64,000 nt of DNA from an uncultured Candidatus Saccharibacteria bacterium (GTDB lineage Bacteria > Patescibacteriota > Doudnabacteria > UBA920), in the NCBI GenBank assembly GCA_964402965.1, contig CAYODY010000001.1, positions 72,002-136,001 of the forward strand. Direction: 5' to 3'. The notes under the pieces are model-generated. The model searched no databases. It was not told the DNA's origin and saw only the letters and a list, made by a program, of their open reading frames with translations. The position numbers and the translations under genes are program-made. Each line of letters begins with the position of its first letter. Within the stretch, counting starts at the first letter, position 1. This document shows, one piece after another, positions 1 through 9,642 of this stretch.

Positions 1-213
1 TTTGCCATCAGAGTTTTCAGGCTTAATCTGTTCATCATCTTTCCTATTTAGCGAATACTCATATGTGTAATTCTCATCTGACTTGGATTCAGAAACTACA
101 GGAGTTTTGTCAGTTAAAGTCGTCTTTTTGTTAAACACTACAATAGCCAAAGCTATTAACGCGAGGATTGCAATAACGCCTGCGATTATTGCTATTATTT
201 TAAAATTTTTCAT
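1..213 (-). CDS. Membrane-anchored hypothetical protein (runs off the left edge)
   Basis: ATG at 213 overlaps the rplI stop (ATGA). Translation [30 protein letters not shown]... has an N-terminal TM helix and stays open to position 1. Confidence 0.75.
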   Translation of the reverse strand, partial: MKNFKIIAIIAGVIAILALIALAIVVFNKKTTLTDKTPVVSESKSDENYTYEYSLNRKDDEQIKPENSDGK

Positions 214-656
214 AGTGCTTCGATGTTTAATTTAGTTTTAGCGTTTATCCCGTTGCCGAGTTTAATGTTTATGTTATGTATTCCGAGTTCTTTAATACCT
301 TTATGCGCATCTATTTGGTTTTTATCTAACTGAAGTTTTGTTTTTTGATATATGGCTTGAATAATATCTTTTTCGTGCACGCCACCAAACACCTGTCCCT
401 TGTCGCCTACTTTTACCTTGACTGTGAATGTTCTACGTTCAAGCTCTTTTTGTGTTTCTACGGCTTTTTGCAAATGTTTAGTTTGAGATGCAGACTTTTC
501 TTGCATTTCTTTTTGAAGTTTTTTCTGGGCTTCAGCAGAGGCAAATACAGCAAGTCCTTTTTTGAGCAGCATATTATTTGCTAGGCCGTCGGCGACATCT
601 TTAATCTCCCCTTTTTTGCCAATTTTTGGCACATCTTTGAGTAAAATGACTTTCAT
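210..656 (-). CDS. rplI: 50S ribosomal protein L9
   Basis: [22 protein letters not shown]-terminus; C-terminal IKELGIH motif. Confidence 0.97.
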   Translation of the reverse strand: MKVILLKDVPKIGKKGEIKDVADGLANNMLLKKGLAVFASAEAQKKLQKEMQEKSASQTKHLQKAVETQKELERRTFTVKVKVGDKGQVFGGVHEKDIIQAIYQKTKLQLDKNQIDAHKGIKELGIHNINIKLGNGINAKTKLNIEAL

Positions 657-749
657 AGGTATAAATAAATTACAAAAATAAAAAAACTCCCCATTCGAGA
701 GTTTTGGCTCTTTTTCAGTATACTACCACTTCAAAATCGGCGCAAGTTT

Positions 750-1667
750 TTACACTTTCAAATATTTACGCATCGCCATAAGGCTGGAAATGGTGCTGAG
801 AATGAAGGCAATGACCAATTGAACTAAGACAAGCAAAGCAAAAATTCCTAAACTTCCAGTAAATGTAGTGCCAGATGCTGTTAAATAGTGACTCACTTTT
901 GGAAGTAAAGTTGTATACACTGGGAATATAAGTGCGCTGGTAATGATGGTGGCAAGTAAGCTATACACCATTGCTTCTATTATGAATGGTCCACGAATGT
1001 ACCAATTTGTCGCTCCAACCAAACGCATAATTTCAACCTCTTCTCGGCGGTTGTAGATTGTTAGAGTAATGGTGTTGAAAATAACTAGAACTGCAATGCT
1101 AGAAAAGATGATAATTAGCACGATTCCAACAGTTACAATGAATTTTAGCAAGCCATTTAAACGTTCAATTAAAACTCTATTGTCTTCAAAGTTAATTTTT
1201 TCTATTGCAGATTGGTACTTGTCTGAGTTTAACATTTCTGCAATTGCTGGATATTCTTCTAGGTTTTTAGCTTTGATTTGAAGGGTTGCAGGTAATGGAT
1301 TTTCGTTCAATTGCCCAACTGACTCTAAAAGTAGAGGGTCATTGGCGTGATTCTCTTTAAACTGAGTTAACGCTTCTTCTGCAGAAACATAGTTAACGCT
1401 TGCAATTCTGCTGTCTGCAGAGAGTTGGTCGCGGATTTCAAAAATTTGGTTTTCGGCTAAACCGTTTTTAAAGTACGCGGAAATGTCTACGCGTTGTTGA
1501 ATTGTTCGAACAGATGAATTTGTAATTACAAACATTAAAGTCAACACAGAAAGTATTATGAGGGTAATTGTCATAATAAGTGTTGATGCCGCAGCTAACC
1601 AAACATTCCTACGGAAGTTGGTTAGACCCATGCGAATTATTCTGAAAAATGATACTGTATTTATCAC
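750..1667 (-). CDS. ftsX: Cell division permease FtsX
   Basis: 4-TM pattern, RREEVEIMRLVGATNWYIRGPF motif, downstream of ftsE. Confidence 0.95.
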   Translation of the reverse strand: MINTVSFFRIIRMGLTNFRRNVWLAAASTLIMTITLIILSVLTLMFVITNSSVRTIQQRVDISAYFKNGLAENQIFEIRDQLSADSRIASVNYVSAEEALTQFKENHANDPLLLESVGQLNENPLPATLQIKAKNLEEYPAIAEMLNSDKYQSAIEKINFEDNRVLIERLNGLLKFIVTVGIVLIIIFSSIAVLVIFNTITLTIYNRREEVEIMRLVGATNWYIRGPFIIEAMVYSLLATIITSALIFPVYTTLLPKVSHYLTASGTTFTGSLGIFALLVLVQLVIAFILSTISSLMAMRKYLKV

Positions 1668-1678
1668 GTTAGTATAGT

Positions 1679-2356
1679 TTAAAGTTTGTACTTACCCTTT
1701 TCTTGTTCAATCGTAATCTGACCACCCTCAATAGTTATAACGCGCTTGTTGATTTTGTTTACAAGCTCCGAAGCATGAGTGGCAAGGATAACCGTTGTAC
1801 CAAGTTGGTTAATCTTCATTAATAAATCTAAAACCTCAGCTGCGTTTACTGCATCCAAGTTTCCTGTTGGCTCATCTGCTAAAAGTAGAACTGGACGATG
1901 AGCAAGAGAACGAGCAATAGCAACACGTTGGCGTTCTCCACCAGACATTTCGTTAGGGAAACTATCTCTTTTATGAAGAAGACCAACAAGTTCTAAAATT
2001 TTAGGGACATCTTTGTTGATTTTGTCTTTGGTGTGACCAGATACTTCCATAGCAAATGCAACATTTTCAAAAGCTGTGCGGCGTGGGAGTAGTTTAATGT
2101 CTTGAAAAACCATTCCAATCTTTCTGCGCAAGTAAGGTAGGTCAGTTTTTTTAACCTTAGACATATCTATTTCGTCAATGAGGATTTTACCATTGTCTAA
2201 ACTTTCCTCACCGATGATTAGTTTCATTAAAGTAGACTTCCCTGCTCCGGACATTCCGACAACAGAAATAAACTCTCCATGGTTAATTTGGAGATTGATG
2301 CCGTTTAGCGCTTTGTTTTTACCGTAGAATTTTGTTACGTTTTCAAATCGAATCAT
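1679..2356 (-). CDS. ftsE: Cell division ATP-binding protein FtsE
   Basis: Walker A GMSGAGKST, signature SGGERQR, ADEPTGNLD; paired with ftsX. Confidence 0.95.
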   Translation of the reverse strand: MIRFENVTKFYGKNKALNGINLQINHGEFISVVGMSGAGKSTLMKLIIGEESLDNGKILIDEIDMSKVKKTDLPYLRRKIGMVFQDIKLLPRRTAFENVAFAMEVSGHTKDKINKDVPKILELVGLLHKRDSFPNEMSGGERQRVAIARSLAHRPVLLLADEPTGNLDAVNAAEVLDLLMKINQLGTTVILATHASELVNKINKRVITIEGGQITIEQEKGKYKL

Positions 2357-2432
2357 GTTGGCTTAATTATACCATAATTTTATGCTTACATACACAGTAC
2401 AAATGTAAATTACATTCGCAAAAGTGGATAAC

Positions 2433-2461
2433 TTGACGTTTTGTAAATATTATTGTATAAT
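2433..2461 (+). promoter_or_regulatory. Sigma70-type promoter for ORF 2543..3019
   Basis: TTGACG (2433-2438), 17 nt spacer, TATAAT (2456-2461). Confidence 0.75.
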
Positions 2462-2542
2462 GCCAAAGTGATTTTTTGAAACGTTCATTGAATCACATAA
2501 ACGTTCCAGGCGTCTCCTGGTTTTGTATGATATGGAGGAAAT

Positions 2543-3019
2543 ATGAAAGACTTAAGCGATGCACGACCATCTGAAGTGCTCGTGGCTCATGGAAAAACGA
2601 CCAAGGTCGACGGCAAAATCTTTAGAACAAAGAAGATCGACAGGATCTACTTGTATGGAGTAGTTTCCGTGAATCTGAACCGCATCAGCCACAGGAGTAG
2701 TCTAACTGAAATCGAAAGAGGTGTCCTTTACTGGCACTTCTTCGGTGGCGAGAAAAAACATCAGTTGGACGATTCCTATCTGGCACAGTTCGGCCGACAT
2801 CTTGCTACATGTGAGATTTGCGTGAGCGAAATGCTCAAGCTTCCAAACTTTGTCGCCCTTGCGGATTGGGAAACTCTCGGGCAGGAACCTGATGACGACA
2901 TTCATCAGTCGTTCTCGGCTGAAGAGCACCGTTTTGACCAGGCCATCCCGAGCCATGTACTGGCGAACCAGATACGCTACGGCGACTGCCGGGACAGGTT
3001 CGACATTAACGACGATTAA
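2543..3019 (+). CDS. Hypothetical protein with HxxxCxxC (ZAS/anti-sigma-like zinc) motif
   Basis: Consensus promoter, GGAGG RBS, downstream terminator; HLATCEIC motif. Confidence 0.7.
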   Translation: MKDLSDARPSEVLVAHGKTTKVDGKIFRTKKIDRIYLYGVVSVNLNRISHRSSLTEIERGVLYWHFFGGEKKHQLDDSYLAQFGRHLATCEICVSEMLKLPNFVALADWETLGQEPDDDIHQSFSAEEHRFDQAIPSHVLANQIRYGDCRDRFDINDD

Positions 3020-3043
3020 ATTTACGGTCGTCGCAACAACTTT

Positions 3044-3077
3044 AAAGGTTGCACTCTCACGAGTCGCAACCTTTTTT
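3044..3077. terminator. Bidirectional intrinsic terminator
   Basis: AAAGGTTGC...GCAACCTTTTTT hairpin between convergent ORF 2543 and prfB. Confidence 0.7.
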
Positions 3078-3083
3078 ATTTAT

Positions 3084-4175
3084 CTATTGTATTTGACTTT
3101 CTAAATACTTTTCTACAAAGTTATCTAAGTTTCCATTTAGGACTTTATCTGGATCTGTTTCTTCGTATTCTGTGCGATGGTCTTTGACTAATTTGTATGG
3201 GTGTAAAACATAACTACGAATTTGATTCCCCCACTCTGCACTTTTGAATTCCCCGCGGAGTTCTTTTTTTTCTTTGGCTTTCTTTTCATCTTCCAAAGCT
3301 TGCAAGCGCGCGCGAAGAATTTTCATTGCGACTTCTTTGTTTTGATGCTGACTTCGCTCGTTTTGAATACTAACTTTAATTCCAGTAGGAATATGAGTAA
3401 TGGTAATGGCGCTATAGGTCGTGTTTACACTTTGCCCACCTGCACCACTGCTGGTTGAAGCTTTAATTTCTATATCTTTAGGATCAATAGTAATAGCTTC
3501 GGCTTCTTCTAATTGAGGCAGTAGTTCAAGAAGTGCAAAAGATGTTTCGCGAGTATGAGCTGGGTTGAACGGTGATTGTCTAACTAGTCTGTGCACTCCT
3601 GCTTCACTTTTTAGTAAACCATATGCAAAAGGTCCACGCGCTTCAACGGTCACAGATTTTATGCCTGCTTCACCGCCCTTAGACTGGTCGATAATCTCTG
3701 TGTGTAATCCTTTTTGTTCACAGTATCTTAGGTATTGTCTGAGTAACATTTCTGCCCAGTCTTGAGCATCTGTTCCCCCAGCACCTGCATGAATGGAGAA
3801 GATTGCATTATGGTCGTCGTATTGTTTAGACATCAAAACAATAAGCCGATTTTTTACATAGCGCTCTTCTATTTCTGAAACCTGTTTTTCTAGATAGCCA
3901 ACTGTTTCTTCGCTTTCGTCTGTGTTGCTAGTTACAAGCTCTTGGAGTTCTATTAGATTATTTTCAATTGATGACCAAAAATCCACGAACTCTTTAAGTC
4001 CGTTATACTCTTGAGTAATGCTTTGCGCAGTTTCTGGATTATCCCAAAAGTTTGGGACCTGCATTTTATCTTCTAGTTCCAGAATACGTTGTTCTTTCTG
4101 ATCTAAATTCAGCTGGCTCTTTAAATCTTGAACCTGTTGAAGTAAATTTGTAAGTCTTTTAGTGAGTTCGTTCAT
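3084..4175 (-). CDS. prfB: Peptide chain release factor 2
   Basis: SPF stop-recognition tripeptide, GGQ motif, WGNQIRSYVLHPY. Confidence 0.97.
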   Translation of the reverse strand: MNELTKRLTNLLQQVQDLKSQLNLDQKEQRILELEDKMQVPNFWDNPETAQSITQEYNGLKEFVDFWSSIENNLIELQELVTSNTDESEETVGYLEKQVSEIEERYVKNRLIVLMSKQYDDHNAIFSIHAGAGGTDAQDWAEMLLRQYLRYCEQKGLHTEIIDQSKGGEAGIKSVTVEARGPFAYGLLKSEAGVHRLVRQSPFNPAHTRETSFALLELLPQLEEAEAITIDPKDIEIKASTSSGAGGQSVNTTYSAITITHIPTGIKVSIQNERSQHQNKEVAMKILRARLQALEDEKKAKEKKELRGEFKSAEWGNQIRSYVLHPYKLVKDHRTEYEETDPDKVLNGNLDNFVEKYLESQIQ

Positions 4176-4268
4176 GGGTTTATTATACTGGAAATCTTGC
4201 TTTAAAAATAGGTAAGAAAAACCTCTCCAACTTGTGTAGGAGAGGCTTTGATGCAGGACTAACTATAG

Positions 4269-4802
4269 TCAGTCCTGGCGTTTTGTATAGGTTATGAAGT
4301 CAAAAATTAATCCATCGGGAGTTTTGTGAGATTCAAAATCTGCAGGATACCAAATCACTGGATCAATTTCTGGGAAGTACCTAAGTTCTCGCATCCCTTC
4401 CGTTGGAAAGGATTTGGCAATTTCAGTGACTTCGATTTCTTCAACTAGCGGCATTGCAGCTTCATAAAGACTTGCACCACCACAAACATAAATGTCTTTA
4501 CCAAAAAATTCACCAACTAGGGTTTCATTTTGGCAAAGAGCAAGGGCTTGCTCTAGGTTAGGGGCAACTAGGACATCATCAGGAACTTCGTAACCAGCAT
4601 TGCTAGTCACTACAATTGTTTTTCTCCCAGAGAGCGGTCTAAACTTGATGGGAATTGATTCCCAAGTTACCCGGCCCATGATGCAAATATTGCCCATGGT
4701 TTTGGCTTTGAAATGCGCCATATCCTCCGAGAGTTGCCAAATGATTTTGCCGCCCGCACCAATTAAGTTGTTCGCGTCTAACGCGACGATTGCTTTGATC
4801 AT
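4269..4802 (-). CDS. folA: Dihydrofolate reductase
   Basis: IVA..N.LIG, W.LSEDMAHFK, MGRVTWESI, RPLSGR, GGASLY. Confidence 0.95.
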   Translation of the reverse strand: MIKAIVALDANNLIGAGGKIIWQLSEDMAHFKAKTMGNICIMGRVTWESIPIKFRPLSGRKTIVVTSNAGYEVPDDVLVAPNLEQALALCQNETLVGEFFGKDIYVCGGASLYEAAMPLVEEIEVTEIAKSFPTEGMRELRYFPEIDPVIWYPADFESHKTPDGLIFDFITYTKRQD

Positions 4803-4810
4803 AGTACTCC

Positions 4811-5668
4811 TTAAACAGAAACAGGTGCTGAGATTTTCCCTTGATGATTGTAATTAATGAGTTCGATGTTTTCTTTGCGGAATTTCATCAAACCATCAAA
4901 ACCCTTAAAATCCTCTGCGCCTATAAATTGGAGAGTAGGAAGTTCTCCTGGTGTTCGGGAAAGTTGTTCTTCAACTTGATCAACATGGTCGTTGTAAATA
5001 TGAGCGTCCCCGAAAGTATGGATAAATTTCCGCGGTTTCATTCCCATCGTATGCGCGATCATGCAAGTGAGGAGTGCATACGATGAAATATTGAACGGTA
5101 CTCCCAAGAAAAAGTCCGCACTCCGTTGGTACAGTTTGCAAGACAGATGTTGCTCTCCGTTGATTACATCAACCTTGAATTGGAACAAGGTGTGGCAAGG
5201 TGGCAGAGCCACGTTGTCAGCTTCAGCAGGATCCCATCCACTTACGATGTGGCGCCTTGAGTTCGGTTTGTTCTCCAGTTCTCGGTACAACCGTTGAATT
5301 TGGTCGTAACCATTTTTTTCGGGGTAGTCACCGCCGAAACTGCGCCATGTGTAGCCGTAGATTGGACCAAGATCGTTTTCTTCTCGACCGAATCGTGTGG
5401 TTTGTTCTGCAGTCGCCCAGTCATCCCAAATTGTGATATTTTTTTCCTTGAGCGTGGCGTTGTTAGTGTCCCCTGAAAGAAACCAAAAAAGTTCCTCAGC
5501 GACCCAGCGAAACGGAACACTCTTGGTGGTCATAATTGGGAAACCCTTGGTCAAGTCGAACGACATTTGAACTTCACCAAAGAGCGATGTAGTTCCTGTG
5601 CCAGTTCGGTCATCGTGTTTCACGCCATCTCGCAAGATTTGACGTAGAGCATCTTGATATTGTTTCAT
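4811..5668 (-). CDS. thyA: Thymidylate synthase ThyA
   Basis: DRTGTGT, LPPCH catalytic Cys, YQRSAD, GVPFN, GDAHIY. Confidence 0.97.
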   Translation of the reverse strand: MKQYQDALRQILRDGVKHDDRTGTGTTSLFGEVQMSFDLTKGFPIMTTKSVPFRWVAEELFWFLSGDTNNATLKEKNITIWDDWATAEQTTRFGREENDLGPIYGYTWRSFGGDYPEKNGYDQIQRLYRELENKPNSRRHIVSGWDPAEADNVALPPCHTLFQFKVDVINGEQHLSCKLYQRSADFFLGVPFNISSYALLTCMIAHTMGMKPRKFIHTFGDAHIYNDHVDQVEEQLSRTPGELPTLQFIGAEDFKGFDGLMKFRKENIELINYNHQGKISAPVSV

Positions 5669-5677
5669 TGTTTTCTC

Positions 5678-6412
5678 CTATTTTACAAGATTGGTTGGTT
5701 CAACATCTTTGAGTGCGATTCGGCGTACAAGTTCCCAAACTTTCGTGTGAACTTGTTGCGGGGTTAGCAAAACACCATTTTCTACACACTCAATCAGACG
5801 TGTGTTGGGAAATAGTTCAGCAATTTCGAGGTATACCGCTTCAGCACGTTTGAGATGTTCTGGATCGTTTTCGTGAATATCGCGCTTACGATTTTCAGAT
5901 ACTGATCGTTTTTCGATCAATTCCAAAGTCATTTCCATTGGAATGTGCAAAATGATGTTTAGATCAGGCTTCGGAATATTGAAAGTTCCAAATTCCAAAT
6001 TGTCTAACCATTTGTAGAACTTGATGCGTTCATCTCGATTGACAATTTTACCACCCTGATGACCTGCGTTGGAAGTGACGTATCTGTTTGTAATTACAGT
6101 CTTGCCACTCTGAAGCATCTCGCGAAGTTTAAAACTCGCGTCGAATCTATCTACCGCATAAAATATAGAAGCAGCTTCGGCATTCAGGTTTCCAAAATCT
6201 CCAGCAAGATACTTCTCCAACATCGCTGCGGAAGGTTGTCCGTACTGTGGAAAATCAAACATCGAAAAATCGTACCCAGAAACCTCGAGTGTCTTAGCCA
6301 ATAGGTCTGTTTGAGTTTTTTTCCCACTACCATCAGTACCATCAAGAACGATGAACTTGCCTGGTTGTGAAACCTTCTCCTTGTTGGATTTTCCGAAAAG
6401 TCTTTTTATCAT
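5678..6412 (-). CDS. tmk: Thymidylate kinase
   Basis: DGTDGSGKKTQ P-loop, NRY motif, PKPDL. Confidence 0.9.
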   Translation of the reverse strand: MIKRLFGKSNKEKVSQPGKFIVLDGTDGSGKKTQTDLLAKTLEVSGYDFSMFDFPQYGQPSAAMLEKYLAGDFGNLNAEAASIFYAVDRFDASFKLREMLQSGKTVITNRYVTSNAGHQGGKIVNRDERIKFYKWLDNLEFGTFNIPKPDLNIILHIPMEMTLELIEKRSVSENRKRDIHENDPEHLKRAEAVYLEIAELFPNTRLIECVENGVLLTPQQVHTKVWELVRRIALKDVEPTNLVK

Positions 6413-6483
6413 AACTTATTTTCCTCCTTTATTAAGTTAAATAACTTTGTAAAGGATAGCCCCTATCCATATTAACTGTCAAA

Positions 6484-7077
6484 CTACTTTTTAAACTTAA
6501 TCCATTCATTATTCTTCAGGAAGTTTTTGTAGTACTGTGATGCTTGTGGTTTCATAGCGCCGTAGTATTTACTTCCTAACTTCCCTTTTCCGTATGGGGT
6601 ATCTGCTTTGGAAGATAGATTGATGAATGTCATTTGCCCTATCGGCATTTTGTAGTAAAGTTTTATTGGTAGCTCTGCAATATTGTGTAGTTCTAAAGTA
6701 ATGCGTAATTTATTTCCTGGGTCTATGTATCCTGCAGTAGCGTGAACTATTAAACCAATTCTGCCTAGACTAGATTTTCCGTCTAAGTGGCCCACAACAT
6801 CATCCCCTAGTCCAATAACTTCATATGTCATTCCGAGTGCGAATTGTCCTGGATGCAAAATGAAGTGAGATTTTTCATCTATCTTCACTTTGTCCATCAT
6901 GTTGTCTATATTTTCTTTAGGGTCAATGCAGATTTGGTCGCGAGTTTTAAATACCATAAAGTCTGCACCAAGATGAACATCGACACTGGCTGGTTGAATA
7001 GCTTTTGGGAATAATGGGTCTACAACTATTCGTCCGGTTTTGAGTGATTTTTTGATGTCTTTGTCTGATAGGATCAT
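6484..7077 (-). CDS. dcd: dCTP deaminase
   Basis: MILSDKDI, IQPASVD, GKSSLGRIGL, TAGYIDPG. Confidence 0.95.
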   Translation of the reverse strand: MILSDKDIKKSLKTGRIVVDPLFPKAIQPASVDVHLGADFMVFKTRDQICIDPKENIDNMMDKVKIDEKSHFILHPGQFALGMTYEVIGLGDDVVGHLDGKSSLGRIGLIVHATAGYIDPGNKLRITLELHNIAELPIKLYYKMPIGQMTFINLSSKADTPYGKGKLGSKYYGAMKPQASQYYKNFLKNNEWIKFKK

Positions 7078-7189
7078 ATGTTTTTGTGTTAAGATGTCCC
7101 CCTTTTTTAAGGGTTAAATTAGCGTTTAATTGGCTATGAGCAAATTTAATGTTCTAAGCTCACTAAATTGTACCATAGATTTAGGTGTT

Positions 7190-7217
7190 AAAAAACAGCC
7201 CAGAAAGGCTGTTTTTT
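7190..7217 (-). terminator. Intrinsic terminator after rplA
   Basis: AAAAAACAGCC-loop-GGCTGTTTTTT. Confidence 0.75.
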
Positions 7218-7228
7218 AGTTCAAACAC

Positions 7229-7912
7229 TTAAGCTTTAAAGCGGATTCCAGGTCCCATTGTGGAGTTTAAAGTAGTGCTGATTACGTAGGATCGTTTTAT
7301 TGCAGCTGGCTTAACAGAATGTAAAGCTTCCATGAATGTTTTAAGATTCTCTTCAAGTTTTGCAGAATCGAAATCGGTTTTACCAATTACTTGGTGCACG
7401 TTTCCAGAATTGTCGTTCTTGAAGCTAACTTTACCACCAGCAATTTCTTTGATAGCAGTTGCGATGTTTTCAGAAACTGTTCCTGTTTTTGGGTTAGGCA
7501 TCATACCTCTTGTTCCCAAAATTTTTGCAATTTGTGCAAGTTTAGGCATCATTGCAGGTTCTGCTACAGCAATATCGAAATCAGTTTTTTCTGTTTCCTT
7601 AATTTGCTTAATTAATTCTTCGCCACCAGCAATTGTCGCTCCAGCAGCTAACGCAGCTGCTTCGTTTGTTTCTGTAACGAATGCAGCAATTTTGCGGGTC
7701 TTCCCTGTTCCGTTAGGCAAAGTTACTGAACCTCTAATTGCTTGGTCAGTTTTCTTTGCATCGATTCCAGTTTTAATGTGAACTTCGATTGAACCAACAA
7801 ACTTTGTTGTTGCAGTTTTCTTTGCTAATTCAATAGCTTCTGCAATTGAGTAGACTTTTTCTTTATCAACTTGTTCCGAGTTAGCCTTGGCGCGTTTAGA
7901 TATGATGGACAT
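7229..7912 (-). CDS. rplA: 50S ribosomal protein L1
   Basis: RGSVTLPNGTGK, LGTRGMMPNPKTGT, STMGPG. Confidence 0.98.
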   Translation of the reverse strand: MSIISKRAKANSEQVDKEKVYSIAEAIELAKKTATTKFVGSIEVHIKTGIDAKKTDQAIRGSVTLPNGTGKTRKIAAFVTETNEAAALAAGATIAGGEELIKQIKETEKTDFDIAVAEPAMMPKLAQIAKILGTRGMMPNPKTGTVSENIATAIKEIAGGKVSFKNDNSGNVHQVIGKTDFDSAKLEENLKTFMEALHSVKPAAIKRSYVISTTLNSTMGPGIRFKA

Positions 7913-7924
7913 AAAATTTCCTTT

Positions 7925-7966
7925 CGTGGTAGAACGAGTTTGGTTTTTAAACCTTGCTCTCCCACG
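7925..7966 (-). promoter_or_regulatory. Ribosomal protein L1-binding autoregulatory mRNA element
   Basis: Minus strand CGTGGGAGAGC...GTTCTACCACG stem immediately before the rplA SD; resembles known GUGGGAG...ACCAC L1 operators. Confidence 0.65.
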
Positions 7967-7978
7967 TTAATTAATAGA

Positions 7979-8320
7979 TTAAACTTCTTTTCTAGCAAGT
8001 CTCCAGTGATACAAGAATACAGGCGTTGCAATTAGAATCATAGACATTGCCTGAGCGGCATCGCTTTGTTTCTGTGCATTGCTCATATTTTTTGCGTAAT
8101 TGGGGTCAGAACATTCTGGAGATTGTGCAACTACGGTTCCGTCAGGATTTTTTACTTCCTGAGGACAGTAAACATTCTGATACGTTAATTCATCGGCTTT
8201 CGGGAACACCCAAGTTTTGATTCCTAGGTTGATGAGCATTATCCCAGCTATTACTAGAATAACTAAAGATATAAGCGAGACTAAGTATAAATATACTTTT
8301 TTTATCCAAGAGAGGTTCAT
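7979..8320 (-). CDS. Two-TM membrane protein (DUF5671-like)
   Basis: KKVYLYLVSLISL N-terminal helix, PVFLYHW C-terminus, AAGGAG RBS. Confidence 0.8.
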   Translation of the reverse strand: MNLSWIKKVYLYLVSLISLVILVIAGIMLINLGIKTWVFPKADELTYQNVYCPQEVKNPDGTVVAQSPECSDPNYAKNMSNAQKQSDAAQAMSMILIATPVFLYHWRLARKEV

Positions 8321-8330
8321 ATGAGCTCCT

Positions 8331-8756
8331 TTACTCGGTAACGTCTACTCCCATAGAGCGGGCAGTACCGCGAATTATTTTTTCTGCTTGCTCGATGCTG
8401 TTTGCATTCAAGTCAGGCATTTTCTTCTCTGCAATTTCACGAATTTGTGCTGCAGAAATTTTTCCAACTTTTGTAGTTAGAGGGTTTCCACTTCCCTTTG
8501 CTAAACCAATCGTTTTCATGATTAGGTTAGAAGCTGGTGGAGTCTTAAGTATGAAGTCGAAACTACGATCTTCATAAATAGTCATTTCAACGGGGATAAT
8601 CAGATCTCCCATAGGAGCTGTTTTATCGTTGAATTGTTTGGTAAAGTCCGCGATGTTAATACCATGGGGCCCAAGGGCGGTACCAACAGGTGGAGCTGCA
8701 GTTGCTTTTCCGGCAGGAAGTTGCAACTTTACCATTGACTTAACTTTTTTTGCCAT
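8331..8756 (-). CDS. rplK: 50S ribosomal protein L11
   Basis: [21 protein letters not shown]. Confidence 0.98.
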   Translation of the reverse strand: MAKKVKSMVKLQLPAGKATAAPPVGTALGPHGINIADFTKQFNDKTAPMGDLIIPVEMTIYEDRSFDFILKTPPASNLIMKTIGLAKGSGNPLTTKVGKISAAQIREIAEKKMPDLNANSIEQAEKIIRGTARSMGVDVTE

Positions 8757-8887
8757 TGTCTTGAGTAGTAATCCTTCTTAGGGACGAGACCGCACTCGTA
8801 AGTGCAAGCCGACTACTTATATTAATGATAATCCAATTATGGATTTTACACGGAGCTTTATTTCAAAGCTCCGAAAAAATTCACAAT

Positions 8888-9433
8888 CTAGCTTTTCTTT
8901 ACTTGCAAGAAGTCTAATTCAACTGGAGTTTCGCGGCCAAAGATTGTAACCATTACTTTTACTTTACCTTTAGCTTGATCTATATCTGAAATCTTTCCTT
9001 GATATTCTTTGAATGGACCATCAATGATAGTAACTAACTCGCCTACTTCAAAGTCTACTTTGAACTTTGGTTCTTCAGTGCCCATGCGCTTTTGTAGGAA
9101 ATCCCACTCTTCTTGAGAAACTGGTGTTGGGATAGTTCCGGAACCAACGAATCCTGTTACGTTTGGTGTGTTACGAACAACATACCAAGAGTCATCTGTT
9201 ACAATCATGTTTACTAGAACGTAACCTGGGAAAATCTTTTCTTCAATAGTAGTACGTTTACCGTCACGAATTTTGATCTTCTTTTCTTTTGGTACTACGG
9301 CATCAAAAATTTTATCTTGCATGCCAAGATTTTCAATACGTTGTTTAAGGTTAACGGCAACGCTATCTTCGTACCCGCTGTATGTATGTAGGACGTACCA
9401 GTTTTTTTCGCCGGTGGTTTGTTGCTTAGACAT
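8888..9433 (-). CDS. nusG: Transcription termination/antitermination factor NusG
   Basis: WYVLHTYSGYE, FPGYVLV, KOW domain, IFGRETPVEL. Confidence 0.98.
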   Translation of the reverse strand: MSKQQTTGEKNWYVLHTYSGYEDSVAVNLKQRIENLGMQDKIFDAVVPKEKKIKIRDGKRTTIEEKIFPGYVLVNMIVTDDSWYVVRNTPNVTGFVGSGTIPTPVSQEEWDFLQKRMGTEEPKFKVDFEVGELVTIIDGPFKEYQGKISDIDQAKGKVKVMVTIFGRETPVELDFLQVKKS

Positions 9434-9459
9434 TTAGAAAAAATTAAAATTCTTTATGA

Positions 9460-9642
9460 TTACTTAATAAGACTTTCAAAACCTTTTAGAAGGCCAAAGT
9501 CAGCTGCACCTAAAATTACTGCCATTGCTACACTAAAAGCAATAACAGTTAAAGTGTAACGAATTGTGTCTTGGCGAGATGGCCAAATTACTTTGCCCAA
9601 TTCTGCCCAAACATCTCTGAAAAATTGAATAATTTTTGACAT
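9460..9642 (-). CDS. secE: Preprotein translocase subunit SecE
   Basis: ELGKVIWPSR motif, single TM, upstream of nusG. Confidence 0.95.
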   Translation of the reverse strand: MSKIIQFFRDVWAELGKVIWPSRQDTIRYTLTVIAFSVAMAVILGAADFGLLKGFESLIK

